DNA of 64,000 bases from Bigelowiella natans CCMP2755. Taxonomy: Eukaryota; Protista; Cercozoa. Below, in pieces: positions 1 to 24,388 of this stretch (the first letter of the stretch is position 1; the number at the start of each line of letters is the position of its first letter). The stretch spans positions 12,887-76,886 of the forward strand of contig ADNK01003501.1 in assembly GCA_000320545.1 (NCBI GenBank). Reading direction: 5' to 3'. The position numbers and the translations under genes were made by a program. Under the pieces are notes generated by a model that saw only the letters and a program-made list of their open reading frames with translations, had not been told where the DNA came from and searched no databases.

Positions 1-1239
1 GACGTTCACTCGTGAGAACGTAACGTGCGAACGGAATCTGGGCAAAAACACCAGAGACTCTCTGGAGGGCACTTTGTCCAATTTCCGGAACTTCATCGGG
101 GACACCGAATTCATCGAAGTCTAAAAATAGAATCATGCAATACCGGTTTTCGGAAGACTGAATTTGTTTGACCTAGAAACATTTGAAACGACAACATTAA
201 AATTGGAACTCATGGGATTAAAGGAGTTAAATGAGAAAAAACGACATGAACAAATCTCAACTTCCACATGAAGTCAGCTGAATTCTTCAGTTTCAGGGTT
301 TTGCTTTTTTTGTGGTAATTGTGTAATTACGTTGTCTGCTTTACGAGTATTTTAAATATGAGTACAAAAATGGCTTATGTTTATCTAATTTACGGAGTTT
401 TATGTGCATATTTATATCGTGTTTTTGTGCCCACTCGCCTTTTATTTCGGCGCGGCAACGTGGTTGGCGCCGACAGACACAACAAAAATACTCACAATGC
501 AAGCTAAACTATCAGTACGACAAGGGTAAAGTATTCAACTCAATAGTCATAATTGTACATCCGCAGGCCACTCGCCTCTCCCTTTCACTCACCGGAACTT
601 CCTTCAAACACTCCCCAGGCGCCTAAGAATATAGGCGTTGATGGATGCGTAGAAAGCACTTTTCTAAGAAACCTTCCTCGGAGCCTGTGCATTTCTCTTG
701 GACACTTTTTCTCATTGCATCTCTTCAGGTTGTAACCCTCTTCAATAATTAATTAGTCTCTGATCCTAAGCTAAATTCCCTGATCCAGGTTTCTGTTTGG
801 AGTTTCGGAGTTTGGGAGCATCCATTCCATCAATTTCTTGTCGATTTTCAGCACAACGTCCGTGGAGAGAGGCCAAACCAACACCTTTCTTACGATAAAC
901 CACTTCCTAGCCTAACTCAACAGTTACTGGAGCTTCTCAGTTTAAGAGCTGCTTTACAATCAGTTACTCTCCGGAGCGCTGAGTCTGCATATCTTTCAAA
1001 ACATCCACCTAAGTTAATTAAAGCACCAAACCCAGCTCAAAGCTTAGGCTTCAAAGCGTCCCTATATTCAGAGGAGGAGTCTGAAAAGGAAGCAGCGGCG
1101 TCAATAGTTGCATATTGATAAAATAAAGGTAATCCTCTATTGTGAACTCGAGTATCTTTATTTCGACCTGACTATGATATTTTCAATATTCTAGACTGCT
1201 GTACAGAATCTAACTAAAAAAGAAATTGAAGATTTAAAA

Positions 1240-2247
1240 ATGATGAGTTCAAGCATTTACTCTTCCTCCGGATTTATGCCTTTGTCTCCGCTCTTATGCG
1301 ACACGGAAAATTCAAACCCTTTCCTGAAGATGAACACCTCTACCCCGTCTCCAAAAGAGGAGACTGTAGGGCCGATCAATTCATCACTCTCAACCTCTGG
1401 CGGAGAGGAGAAAGCTTATTCTTGTAAATCTGGATCCTCGTCCGACACTGAGATGCCCCAGCAGCAAGGTGGTACAATGCTAGGGAAAAACGGACAAACT
1501 ATTGCTGTGAATAAGCAAGAAATGGTAAAGCTTATTGAGGAGCAGAATCTGCAAAAACAAAGACTCCTTCGCAAAGCCGAACAGGCTCGTCTAAGCCGGA
1601 AACGCAAAAAAATGCGTATGCAAGAATTGGAGAAGGAGTCCGATTTTCTACGCGCTGAGGTAAAGCGCCTCAAGGCAGCACTGATGGCGAAGGAAAATAA
1701 AATCGCTGCGATGGTGTCAGCTAACAAGGCAATATCCCCAACCGCCCTCTCAGATGCAAATGAGTATTCTGAGATGTTTGGAAAATTGGAGAAAGCTGTT
1801 GACGAAGGACAAAATGCGCAAGTAGCTATGCAAGTCGACTATATGCTACGAAGCTTCAAGAACAACAAGCCAGATGCTGATAAATATGTGAAGGTGTTTG
1901 CAGCTCAAATCTCCCCATCCCTGCCAGTACGTTTCCTGGAATGGATCCTGAATAAACACGAAGGATTCTACGAAGACAAGAATGGTTTGTGGTACTCTCT
2001 TTTCGCTGAGGAATCTGGATTAACTATGAAGCAGATGGCAGAGATGAAGGATCTTAGAAAGAATCGCGCTAAAACCGAGTTCAACAAAGAAGAACTTATG
2101 AAACAGCTTACCTCCCACCTCAAGGCTCAGTGTACACATCAAGAGAAAATGTTGGATAAGATTTCGAAAATTCTTAAACCAGCACAACTGGCGAAATTTC
2201 TTCTATGGGTTCGTAAACATGGAGAAGTCTGCATTAAGATCCGTTAG
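1240..2247 (+). CDS. bZIP transcription factor (335 aa) with a DOG1/TGA-like C-terminal helical region
   Basis: Basic region plus zipper QRLLRKAEQARLSRKRKKMRMQELEKESDFLRAEVKRLKAAL; C-terminal ILKPAQLAKFLLWV. Intact ATG..TAG ORF. Possible 5'-UTR intron GTAATC..CTAG at 1129-1194 with a CTGAC branch-like site. Confidence 0.85.
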   Translation: MMSSSIYSSSGFMPLSPLLCDTENSNPFLKMNTSTPSPKEETVGPINSSLSTSGGEEKAYSCKSGSSSDTEMPQQQGGTMLGKNGQTIAVNKQEMVKLIEEQNLQKQRLLRKAEQARLSRKRKKMRMQELEKESDFLRAEVKRLKAALMAKENKIAAMVSANKAISPTALSDANEYSEMFGKLEKAVDEGQNAQVAMQVDYMLRSFKNNKPDADKYVKVFAAQISPSLPVRFLEWILNKHEGFYEDKNGLWYSLFAEESGLTMKQMAEMKDLRKNRAKTEFNKEELMKQLTSHLKAQCTHQEKMLDKISKILKPAQLAKFLLWVRKHGEVCIKIR

Positions 2248-2318
2248 AAGATAGAGTAATGCTTGAAACTAAACTGTAATTTTATGAAATGTGAGGCAAC
2301 CTTATTGTATTTCATACA

Positions 2319-2358
<40 letters not shown>

Positions 2359-2439
2359 ACATCAGACAAATGCTGTAACATGTACGTTATATGTTTATGA
2401 AGAAATAAAAGCGAAATGGAACAAAAAGAGATGGACTTC

Positions 2440-3200
2440 CTAGCCAGCCCTCACAATAAGCTAGTAAGTCAGAGTTGCATCGTTTGCTCTTGATCGCCTA
2501 GTCGCTTCATCTAGTCATGCATGACACACATATCTAGATATGCATGAGATAGTGAGCTGCGTGCAGCGCAACATGAGCGCAGCAGTGGCTACACATCACC
2601 GCCATGCCCCCCCTGCGAATGCACACTACTAGACTAGCACATGCAAGCTAGTTAGTGCTCGCATGCATGCAGCCCAGCGCATGCAAGACTCCTGATACAT
2701 CACTCCAGAAACATGATGACCGCCGCGCCCGCCATGCAATGTGAATGATAGATGCACTGTTATAGAATTGCTTTGTCTACGACTGTTCTATCTCCAAAAG
2801 CAGCGTAACTTCTGCATACATTAATTTTCATACTTACAGCGTATTCGATCATTGTCACATGTACTATATAGTGTAACATGACATGCGCGTGGTACGTGAC
2901 ACACATGCGCATGTGCATGTGCACGGACACATCGTGTTCGTGTGCTCCCTGCTTTTACCTGATTTAGGCTTCGATTCCTGCTAGCTAGCTGCGCAAGCAT
3001 GTCAGCATGTAAGTTGCAAGCGTACGCGTAGCGATGGCTACACAGCCAGTAACCCGCCATGCGTTGACAGATGCGACCAATCGATGCGGACTAGGCTTTC
3101 GCTGCGTGCATGAGCACACGCGCGCACAACAAACACTGCTCTTCCGCAGTGGCTACGTACTTGTGCGACACAAGTAAAGAAGCTCGCACAAACCAATCCC
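2440..3200. other. Intergenic island with partial TpA erosion (rich in CATG/TGCA/CGCG/CTAG)
   Basis: Alternating purine-pyrimidine runs such as acacatgcgcatgtgcatgtgcac and gcatgcatgc, and many CTAG; composition differs from the flanking AT-rich DNA. Boundaries approximate. Confidence 0.55.
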
Positions 3201-3313
3201 AGATTGAAGAATCATTTTGTCATTGAAATAGCGACATTCACAAGTGCCGAGTATTCATTGATCATTTCATTATCTATTTCACTCGATCACAATCGTGATT
3301 CGCCCTATATTAT

Positions 3314-4289
3314 CTATCCCTCTAGTTCGTGTAGAACCTTGGCGAGGGTAACCTTTATGCTCTCAGGGCCGACGATATCAGCTTCTTGGGGAGAGCTAGA
3401 CAATGACAGCGATGAAGACGATCTCGGTGTTGGATGTACGTCATTTGGTGATATGGTATGCTTATGATAACCATTACTGAGTTTGGTGCGAAACATCTCG
3501 TCACCATCACCCTGATTCGTCATTCTCCCCGTTATCGTAACATCATTTTTCCTCAGGAAATAATTCTGAGATGAAGGAGCAACCACCACCACACGCGTAT
3601 CAGAGGTCGTGTTGAATGAACATGAGATACCCATTTCACCATTTTGGTTTGTATTCTGATGATGATAATGCTCATTTATTTTGTGAGCAGTTCCATCCAT
3701 CATTATTCCAACTTTCGCATTCTTTCCGAAGTCACTACATCTTGTTGTAGCTACCGCTTCGTCACTTCGGTAGATGTCTGTACTTGTATTGCTCGCCCCC
3801 CCGCTTTCTATTCCTCCTGTTTCATCTACTATACTACTAGTACGAAGACATGCTTGTACTAAACCAGGCTTACTCTCCTTAACTACGCAATAGGCCTCCC
3901 ATCCTGTAGATTTCATCCCATGCCAACAACGAAGAATATGTGACTCTTTCTCTCCCTTTGGTGCTGCACCTTTTGCTGGTTTTGTTTCTTCTAAGGGAAT
4001 ACGACGGATTTGGGGGGGACAAGCAAGAATTCCATTCGTCTTTCTTGTTACGACACCAGTAATAGACCCGAGAATCACTCTACCAGGTCTTACTGCCTCA
4101 GGAAGATTGAGATAATCGCTGCGACGATTACGGCCATTCATCGTATTCATTAGGTCCCCACTATCCGCATCAGATAAACTTGGTAGTACCTGAATGAACA
4201 TAAACATTCTCACGTATGCACGACAAGAATATATCGAATGCTCAGGAGAATAGAAGCGGCCGAGTGAATGATATTATAGAAATGTATAT

Positions 4290-4334
<45 letters not shown>

Positions 4335-4504
4335 CACATAATTGGAAATATACTTTTGAGACTATTTGGGTGTTCTGAGCGATGCAAGTTGCCTCTCATG
4401 CAATGATAAAAAATAGCAAGCACTGTTGTGTACTACCTCCCCTTCCGTGACTGTTCGTCGAGACCCTGTTGGCGTTGAAGGTTGTGGGGCTAGCACTGCT
4501 TCCG

Positions 4505-4539
<35 letters not shown>

Positions 4540-4625
4540 GCGGCGGCGACGACAATACATTTTACTTTCACAACAGGCGTCTTGATAGACGCAATCAATG
4601 GCTGAAATTGTGTACACTCATGCAT
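3314..4625 (-). CDS. Hypothetical protein, probably spliced (main exon about 4188-3314; upstream exon in 4625-4437)
   Basis: 299-aa ORF with a CATTCAG acceptor near 4189, a (TA)n-containing intron-like gap, and an upstream poly-Ala ORF. No recognisable domain. Confidence 0.4.
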
Positions 4626-5088
4626 ATCTTGAGGCCAACAAGTGAGCTGGATACATGCTCGTACTTTTGTTCCCCGTGAGCTTAATTCACACCAAGCTGC
4701 ATCAGTGCCTATAATAATAAGAATAATGCGGATTGTTTTATTGAGTACGGTGACTTTTGAGGGGAGGGATTATGAAAAGAGCGACAGGAAGGAGGAGGCC
4801 TTATTATATGTTTCCCCTCTTCTCTTTCTTTCGGTGTAAACTATTAAAAAAATTGGAATAAATTCAATGACATTCTATTCATGCATATGTTCAGAGATAT
4901 TTTTTGTTGGAGGATTAGAAAGACTAGGTTTCCGATATGAGGGATTGTACTACTGTAAGCTCATTTCTTCATTTGAAAAAATAGTTGAAGAGAGAAGACG
5001 GACAGGGGTTAAAAAATAGAATCGTACTGAAACTGCTGTTACATATTGCGCTCATGATATTTGATCACATGCTTGTTATACGGAAAAG

Positions 5089-8000
5089 TTACATGCAATT
5101 ATTTGTACCAGCAACGTCGTCGTCGTCATCTCCACATTCATGATGCCGTCGAGCTGAACACTCAAGTCCAAGCCGAGATGGTGACAATAATGGCGATGAC
5201 GGTAAGGTGGAGGAGGAGGAGGAGGATGATGGCTGTTTTGATTGTTGTGTAGACGACGACGGCAACGTTGTACTTGTTGTAGATGATCTTGATGCAGCTT
5301 TACGAGACAACACGGTGGAATTTGTCATGTTTCGATTTCGGACTTCCCCTTCCTCCTTTCCCTTGTATTTGTCTTCTTCTTTTTCCAGAGATAGTAAATC
5401 CTCGTATGTAAAGATGGCTTCTCGTGATGAGGAGGAGGAGGAGTGGTTTTGTGATAATGATGATGATGATGATGATGATAAAGGTGAGGAAGGAATGTTA
5501 CTGAAACTGTCGTGGTTCATGGCAGTTTTAGACTTGATACAGAGGTTAGAAGATATATGAAGGAGCCGCAGCAATACTTCGTCGTTTTCCTGTCGTACAT
5601 CATTATCATCTTCTTGAATATGGTGATGATTCATCATCTCCAATTGCTGTTGCCCAGCTTCCCATTCCCCTCCCCCCCCCCCCCCCCGGCCCTCCTCCTC
5701 CTCCTCCTCCTCCTCCTCCTCCTGTTCTCTTTCCTCCTCTTTCTTGTCTTGGTATTCTCTGTCTAGTAGTAATTGCCCCTTCATGGGCAGCTGCTGCCGG
5801 AACCGGAGGGAGTCAGAAGATGTAATAGAAGAAGAAGAAGAAAATGTCGATGATAGGTTTTGCTCGTAGGTCAAGACTCTCTCTCCTCTGTTCCCTCCCC
5901 TCTTCTTGGTCTCTTTTTTCTCTAGCTGAGTACCCAAATGATGATCTGTCCTACTATTGTTTACAGAATCACTTAAAACACGAAGGAAGCATCGTGGATA
6001 GAACGCATAATTCGATGGCAAACTGCTGCTGCTGCTACTACTACCCCCGCTACACATATTTTTTGATACAAGAAGCTGCTGCTGTCTTTCCGATAATGAT
6101 GATGATAATGATGATGATGATGATGTTGTTACTGCTGCTGCTTCTGCTTCTGCTTCTTCTCCTGATCCTGGCGCTAACGACGACAACGAGGATGAAGTCA
6201 TTTTGTCACTGCTACTTTTGATACTTCTGTTCTTGGTAGCAGCATATACTTTCTCCTTTCCTTCGTCTTCCACTTCCTTTTCTTCTTCTGCCTCCATTTC
6301 CTCCTCCATTGTCGTCGCTACGAGATTTAGAACAGCGTCAGCTTCATCTAATGTGATCATGAGACTTTCAGTGGCCAACAGTGAAACGAGGGTATAACGA
6401 TCGAGAGGTTTTGGCGTTCTGTGTAGTGTTTCTTGTATTGATACTTCTCTCGATAAAGCACGTTTTAATTGGTTTCGATGGCGTAAGAGCATATGGGCGA
6501 CAGCCTTCCCGTCAGATAACATCTCTGTGGCAATCTCATCTCGGACTCTTTGAGCATGCTCCGCTTCCAATAGGGCTTCAAGCAATTTTATGCGACTAAC
6601 GACGACTATGGTGCTATTGTTGTTGCTGCTGTTAAATTGTGCTGATGAAATATATGAGTGCGATGAAAGTGATGGTGATGATAATGATGATGAGGAGGAG
6701 GAGGAGGAAGGAGAAGAGGAGGAGGGGAACAGCCTCTTTTGAAGAGAGTGAAATACAGCCCTTGCTGCCTTGATGTTGAGCTCAACTCCATTTGTTGTAA
6801 GGGCAACAAGAAGCCATCTGGGTGTCAGCACCACTGATTCGTCATCTTTGTTCTTGTCGTTGTTATTGTAATTATAATTTGGTACTCCTCCAACTTCTTC
6901 CCCCTCTTCTTCTTTATTTCCATAGAAAAACTGGGTGCTACGATGTAAATCTTGCAAGTTATTGCGGCTGTTGGCGCTTTTGGATGATAACAAATTTATG
7001 TAGTAGTTACTATTTTTGACCGTAGTTGCGGAGGGTTTGGAGACAAATGATGATGTTTTTGTTGCTGAAGCTAATGAAGACAGTGTGAAAGAGGAGGGGG
7101 AGGAGGAAGAGGTAGAAGATGTAGAGGACCACGATTGAGGTGGTGAGAAAAGTATTGCCTTAACCAATAGTCTCAATGGAATTCGATTCTTCGAATTGTG
7201 TATGTGTATTTGATGAAGCGAAGCAGGAACGATCATATCATCATTCTTACTCGCCACCGTATTCATGACTTTATCAGCCGCCAACCCTTTCCCTACCCCT
7301 CGTCCTTCACCTCTACTAACAAAATTCCACCGTTTGTAGGCTCTTGTAAGGCGAAGTAAATTAAGTGCTAAAGCACGTGTGATATATTGATCGACTTGAA
7401 TTGATGTTATCGTATCAGCAGTAGACTTTTTGCCATTATTATTATTATTATTATTATTATTACTACTACTATCTCCATTCTGGTAGTTGCAATTTTGTGA
7501 TATTTCTCTAATTTCGCTTGGAGCTAAAGTAAGTCCCAGTTCTTTAAGCCTTTTGATGATATGGGTCGAATTCAAGGGATCAAATGTTTCGAATTCATGG
7601 CGTACTTGTCTCAGTTTTGCTGCATCGTCAACTGCTGATGCTGCCGCTCCTTGGGTGGGCAATGAGAACAACAACTCCGATAAGGAGTCTAGCAGCCATG
7701 TCACGTTGATGTGCTGCTGACGATTCCTTATTAATGATGACGACGAAGATGATGATGATACCAATGAGGAGGAGGGTCTCTGCTGTAAAGTTAACATCCG
7801 CTGCTGGTGATGACCTAAATCTAAGATTTGATGTAGATTCACTCTCACTCCGTACTTGGTTGCACGCTTAAGGACGAGTCTTGCTGACGGATACGTATTC
7901 TTCAAGTCTTTTAGCGAAATTAACAATTGACAAATTACAGATAGGGAATTATTATTCTTTCTTAATTGTTGAACAAAGTATAGACTAGGAGTGAGGAGAA

Positions 8001-8790
8001 GCGAGTGTTTACGTGCTTTTGCAAGTTGTTTTTTAAGACTTGAGATATACTCTTCTAAGTCGTCATTATTATCACCAACATCTTCCTCCTTTTTCTCTGG
8101 TTTCCCAAGGACTTCCCCCTCCCCTTCCTTCTTATAATGTGCATCTTCCTTTGGTAGTTTTAGAAAATATGGCTTAAATGAGGAACAAAATGCCTCAATA
8201 TGTTTGTCACGAAACACCACAGCATCCTTCCCCTCATCATCGCACTTGTAGTACCACGGTATGGTTGATGATGATGATGATGATGATGAAGTGGTTGAAA
8301 CATTCTTCTTGTTGTTGTCCTCCTGTTGATCATTAACTGCCTTTCTTTTTACCATCGTCTCCATCTCTTTGTCCTGTTCCGTCATTATGTTATTCTTTTG
8401 GTCGGGAAGGCAACCTGCTCCTGCAATATAGCTCGAGTAGGATCTCCCCCCCCTCCTCCATGCATGGATAAATCTTCTCTGTCTATGCTTTCCGTTGCTA
8501 TTCCCAATCATCTCACCATCTAAGAAGGACAACTTCTCGTCGCTATTGTCTTCATCATCATTTGGACCTTCCTCCCAGATACGCTCGAGCAGAGACTGAG
8601 AGTCTTGAGGTAAGGTTATATATGAATGAAGGGTATCTTGTATCCAATCATAAAAGATAGGGGTGTACAGGAAGCCCTCAGGCCCACTGCCAAATGCCTG
8701 AGCTATCAATCTTGCTTGCTGCATTATTATCATATTGTTTTTGCTGCTATTGGTTGAGGGGGAGGAGGAGGAGTAATTGGCGCTCTGTTC

Positions 8791-8831
<41 letters not shown>

Positions 8832-9807
8832 CTCTTTCGATAGGAGTAGTAGCTGTAGACGTCGTATTGCTGGTTCTTCGCGATTTCAACGATGAGTGAA
8901 TCAATGATAATGATGACGCTGATGTGCCTGATGACGACTTTAGTAGTTTAGCTATCTGGTATACATTTAAGAGCCTTGGTGTTGCCAACGATTCATGGAA
9001 TTCAGATGATATATTATTGTTATTACGGGGGTTAGAAAAAAATAATAGACGATATTGCAAATTGGCAAGAGCGCCAACGAAGGAGTTGCCCGGAGAAAAA
9101 CGAATAGATCTTAGATAAAAACTTCCATCATTTGGTGATCCAGAGGATAACAATGAATATCGCCTGTTTGGCGGAGTTGGAGGAACAAAAGGCGCCCTTC
9201 TTGTCGAATATTTGTTATCATTGACTTTTCTTTCCAGAGTTGTACTTGCTGCACTTCCTCCTTCCTCCCCTCCTCTTAAACCTTGTCTTCCTAGCAGTAC
9301 TTCACCGTTTACCTCCTCCTCGTCGCTGTCAGAGCTTGCTATTGGAAGAATATTACGAGCTGCAGCGTCTACTGCAGCAACAAATCGTCTAAGACTTTGT
9401 ACTAGCACTTTATACTTATGTTGTTGATGATGATGACGATGAGAATGTGTGCCGACATCAATGCTTCTTAATATAGCAATTACTTCCTTCAAACTGACAA
9501 TGTCTCCAACTCCTACTCTCTCAAGAAGCCGAAGGATTTTCTTCGCAGAATATTCTACTTTTCGACCTCCTCCTTCATTCTTAGCAGTAGCAGCAAAAGT
9601 TTCATCATTAAGATGAGGTTGTTGTTCTTGTTGTTCTATTTTCCTGGTTGATACTTCGACTATACGAGCAACCTCCATCGACCGATTGGCGAGTCGTGCA
9701 AGAGCGAGAACTGCAGTTGGCAAACATGGTTCAACAACACTTACTGCATCATCTGCTACTTCTCCTCCCTTGATGTTGGTGTTGTTGTTGCTGCTTTTAC
9801 TGCGGGA

Positions 9808-9845
<38 letters not shown>

Positions 9846-9921
9846 CACTACCATTAATACTACTCTCACATTCCGCAAGCATAGCTACTCGAACCTGGTT
9901 CTCAATATCCTTTATTATTAT

Positions 9922-9954
<33 letters not shown>

Positions 9955-12027
9955 CGATGATGCCGTGTCAAGATTCCCTTCGTCCTCTTTATTAGCACCT
10001 ACTTGACGACTGCCAACTATAGCGAAATGGAAGAGATTTTCCAACGTGAGAGGCCGTCTATTGTCCAATCTCTCTGCATCTTCTTCCATTTCTTTATAGA
10101 AGTTGGGAGAAGATGGAGGAGGATGAGCAGTGCCAGAGGAGGAAGCTATACTACTACAAGGTGGCAAGAGGAGAGACTTCGTCCACGATGACGATACTGT
10201 TGTTTTAGGGGAGCTTAGCTTGGCTGCTGCTGCTGCTGCTTCAACCGCTACTTGTGGTGGTGGCAGCATAACCGATAAATCACCATTTCCCTTTCTCTCC
10301 TCCTCCTCCTCCACCTCATCATAATTACCATTCACTTCTTCCCTCTTTCCGTTTACTATCATAAGATGTGCTAGTGTTCCAACAATTGTCGCTCTTCTAA
10401 CATCTTGATTAGTACTTGGATTATTCGGAGAAGTTGTAACAATTTGGATTGGAGCTTGTCGTCGTCGTCGTTGTCGAGTTGTTGTCATCTTCCTAGAAGA
10501 AGATGATGATAATATTGACTCGAAAGCAAACTTTAGCGCCTTACCAGACACAGTAATAGCAGTCTTACCATCAACACTTCCACGAGAAGTAGCAGCAGCT
10601 GTCCCTGTATTAAACTCTCGAAAGACGGAATAAAAGACCGCATAGACCGCTTGCAGACTTAAGGTTGGTTTTGCAACTGTAGTAGCAGTAGTAGTGTTGG
10701 ATGATAAGGATGATGATGATGAGAAAAGTTCCTCCAACAGCTGCTCTGGTGTAAAATAGCGCTTATCATCCTCCCCCTCCTTCCCCTGCTTACTATTACG
10801 GACAAGTGATGCTATATCTGAGCTCGAAAGATAGCTTGCAGCGTATTCCAGAATACGATAACCCAACAGCTTTGAAGAATCCCTTAAATATCTTGCATAA
10901 CCCTTATTAATACTGATAAGATCATCGGAGTAGGATATTGGTGAAGAAGATGATGATGCTTTGGTTGATACTTTTATGGTGTGTGATAGGGCATCTGTCA
11001 GGTTGACGAGATCGATATAATTCTTCTCATTCCAGTAGCAGCAACCTTTTATTGGCCAAGGGACCATATAATCCCTCGGTATTTCAAGAAAAGGATTATT
11101 GGCTGCTGATGGTAATTCCACCACACGCTCTACTGATAAGGGAGACGAAATGGAAGAAGAAGAAGAAGAGGACGTACCACCCCAATCATCAACCTCTTTC
11201 TCACTACTACTTCGAAGTTCATGGTCCGATTGATGTACCAGGGCTAAACCACCAAGAAAACGCATCCATGCGTTCTCATGCAGCATGACAGGATCATCAA
11301 AAGATGTAGCAGCAAAGGCTGACTTGAGAGGAATGGCGCTACTGTATGATGGTGATAATGAAGAAGAGGAATCCGCGAGAGGGGCGCTACTACTACTACC
11401 ACTACTACTACTACTACTTTTACGCTCATCACGACCTAGTCGTTCTGATGATGATGATTCATCGTATTTTTCATCATTATCGTCATGGTGATGTTGTTGT
11501 TGCTTTAATACTATCTTTGCCATCTTGCATATCGCAGTATCAAGCTCAGTAACAATGACAGATTCTTCTGGATCCCACTCAGAGCAAGTGTAAGGCGAGG
11601 AGAAGGAGGTCAAGTACGAGGAGGACGTTGCTGCCGCTGCTGCTGCTGCTGCTGATGATGAAGGAGAATAAGGATGGGAGGGTGACAATATTGATATCCT
11701 CCTGTTCTCGTGACGAACACACGTCCTTATACTTACAAGGTCGGTAGATACTTCGCAAACAAAACGCTGAAAGACATGAATAACACTGCTGACGTTTGAT
11801 AATAATGTCGTTTCAGTATCCTCATCATTATCATCAACGTCTGTTCCTCGTATCCCCCAGAAGCTAAAATGTATGTTAAAACAGCGCAAACAACATTTAA
11901 ATGATAACAGTAACAAGTAGTGCATCCAACAAGCAACATCTTCAACTTCAAAAAATAGAACCATGATCTGGTGAATGGTGGTTCTTATTATGTGTTCATG
12001 AGGCCCAGTTTTGATGCCAACCAACAT
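5089..12027 (-). CDS. Very large exon of a Ser-rich low-complexity protein with repeated degenerate EF-hand-like helical modules
   Basis: 2312 stop-free codons with poly-S/E/N/Q tracts. The 5' part probably includes intron sequence (GTAAGT donor-like site near 11736), so the true start is uncertain. Confidence 0.7.
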
Positions 12028-12068
12028 CTCTCTTTTCTCAATATGTTATGTGTGTGTTGTGTACTTAC

Positions 12069-14511
<2,443 letters not shown>

Positions 14512-14525
14512 TTCCCAGTAATTTT

Positions 14526-14555
14526 ACGTCACGTCACGTCACGTAAGTCACGTCA
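14526..14555. promoter_or_regulatory. Tandem (ACGTC)n array forming overlapping TGACGT (CRE/ACGT-core-like) motifs in a divergent promoter region
   Basis: acgtcacgtcacgtcacgtaagtcacgtca, just upstream of the minus-strand ATG at 14511. Confidence 0.3.
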
Positions 14556-15429
14556 CCAACAAGCTGCAGATTTGTTGATGGGGGGCGGCATTTTCAAAAT
14601 TTCAAATTTCAACCTCCACTGATTCGGCACAATTATTTTGTAAATATTCGTGAAATGCAACCGGATTCAAACATTTTGTCAAAAAACTCCTTGTCGAACC
14701 ATAAAAAAGAAGAAATAGGAAAAGAGTATTGCTAGTTAGTTAGTTAGTTAGTTAATCTTTTCGCGCCCTTGACTTCCCAGCTATGTTGTTACACCGAAGT
14801 GATTTTCATAGTGGATGTTGTCTCATAACGGACATTGCGAAAGTCAAAACTTGCATGGCAAAACATAGCAAAATTTGTGACTTATAGGACTAATAACTTT
14901 TTTCTTTTGATTTTTAGGTTTGAGCCTTTTTTTTTTTTTTTTTTTTAGGTTTGGGGCCTTTATTCTGGTAAGTTTAATGATAGGAATGCTAGGTTTTTTT
15001 TTAATTGCGACAACTGATGTTTTGCGTATCATCATCATCTTTCCATCACTACCAGGTATGATGTGTGTTGTATATGTTGTTAATAATATAAGAGGATCCT
15101 ACTGGTCGTTCGTACGTAGTATTTCCTAATTCATAATAACTAGTGTTTATTACACATTATTATTGCTACTATTATTGCTATTATTGGATACGAACGAGGC
15201 AATATTTTATCCTATGAATTAGTACTACTTTCCCACTGTGAACATCAGCAGTCAAGGATGCGACTAGAATAACACAACCAAATAGATTGATTGATCGATC
15301 ATCACGAAGTAATAATAACTATGTAAGGAGGGGGGGTGGGGAGGAGAATGAGGAAGAGGACCAATACTTACTTAACTCTCATAAACAACATTAACTAGGC
15401 AACTTGTACGAAAGGAGGGGGGAGAAAGA

Positions 15430-23680
<8,251 letters not shown>

Positions 23681-24388
23681 TCATGTCTGATCAACATTGG
23701 ACACAGTGTGTCATTGATCGCGGCGATGAGTTACAACATACATAAGTGAATTTATTACAAGAAGTTCTTAAAAAAATATAAAAGCAACAAAGTATGACAG
23801 CGAAATCATAACTAGTTCAAATCTTTGACGACACTAAACTAAATATCAAGCATAGTCAGTTGCTATTGTGATAGTGCAAGTCGTATTATAATCATATGCG
23901 TTATGTCGTAGAATGTTACATACATGTTTTATATAAAGTCTATACATAAAGTCCGCTATTGCACAGCTACATGAGGATAATCATCGAACAAATTTTAATT
24001 CGATTGATTACATCCGTCTTACATCAAGTCTAATTTGAGTTATATCAATCAAGATGGCACCATGAGCGCCAGCGCGTTTGTTACGCTAGGCAAAATTTCT
24101 TCGTATCGTATGTGTTGTTTTCTACAAACGTAGCGTACGCTAGTACGTGTATACCGCCGGCAGCAACCTATCTAACAGAGCACAGCTAGAGATATGACGC
24201 TGAGCAGCGCAGCGTTGTTTTGAATTGCAAGTGGTGAATTTGCGCAACTACCGCAATCGATCAATGGCAGTGTCTTTGCTTCTGTGCTTATATGGCATGT
24301 TCACTACTATTTATTGTACTACTGCTACTACTACTACTACTACCTCGCAGACAATATTATTTTATTATCATTGCCTATAGCTGTTTCG

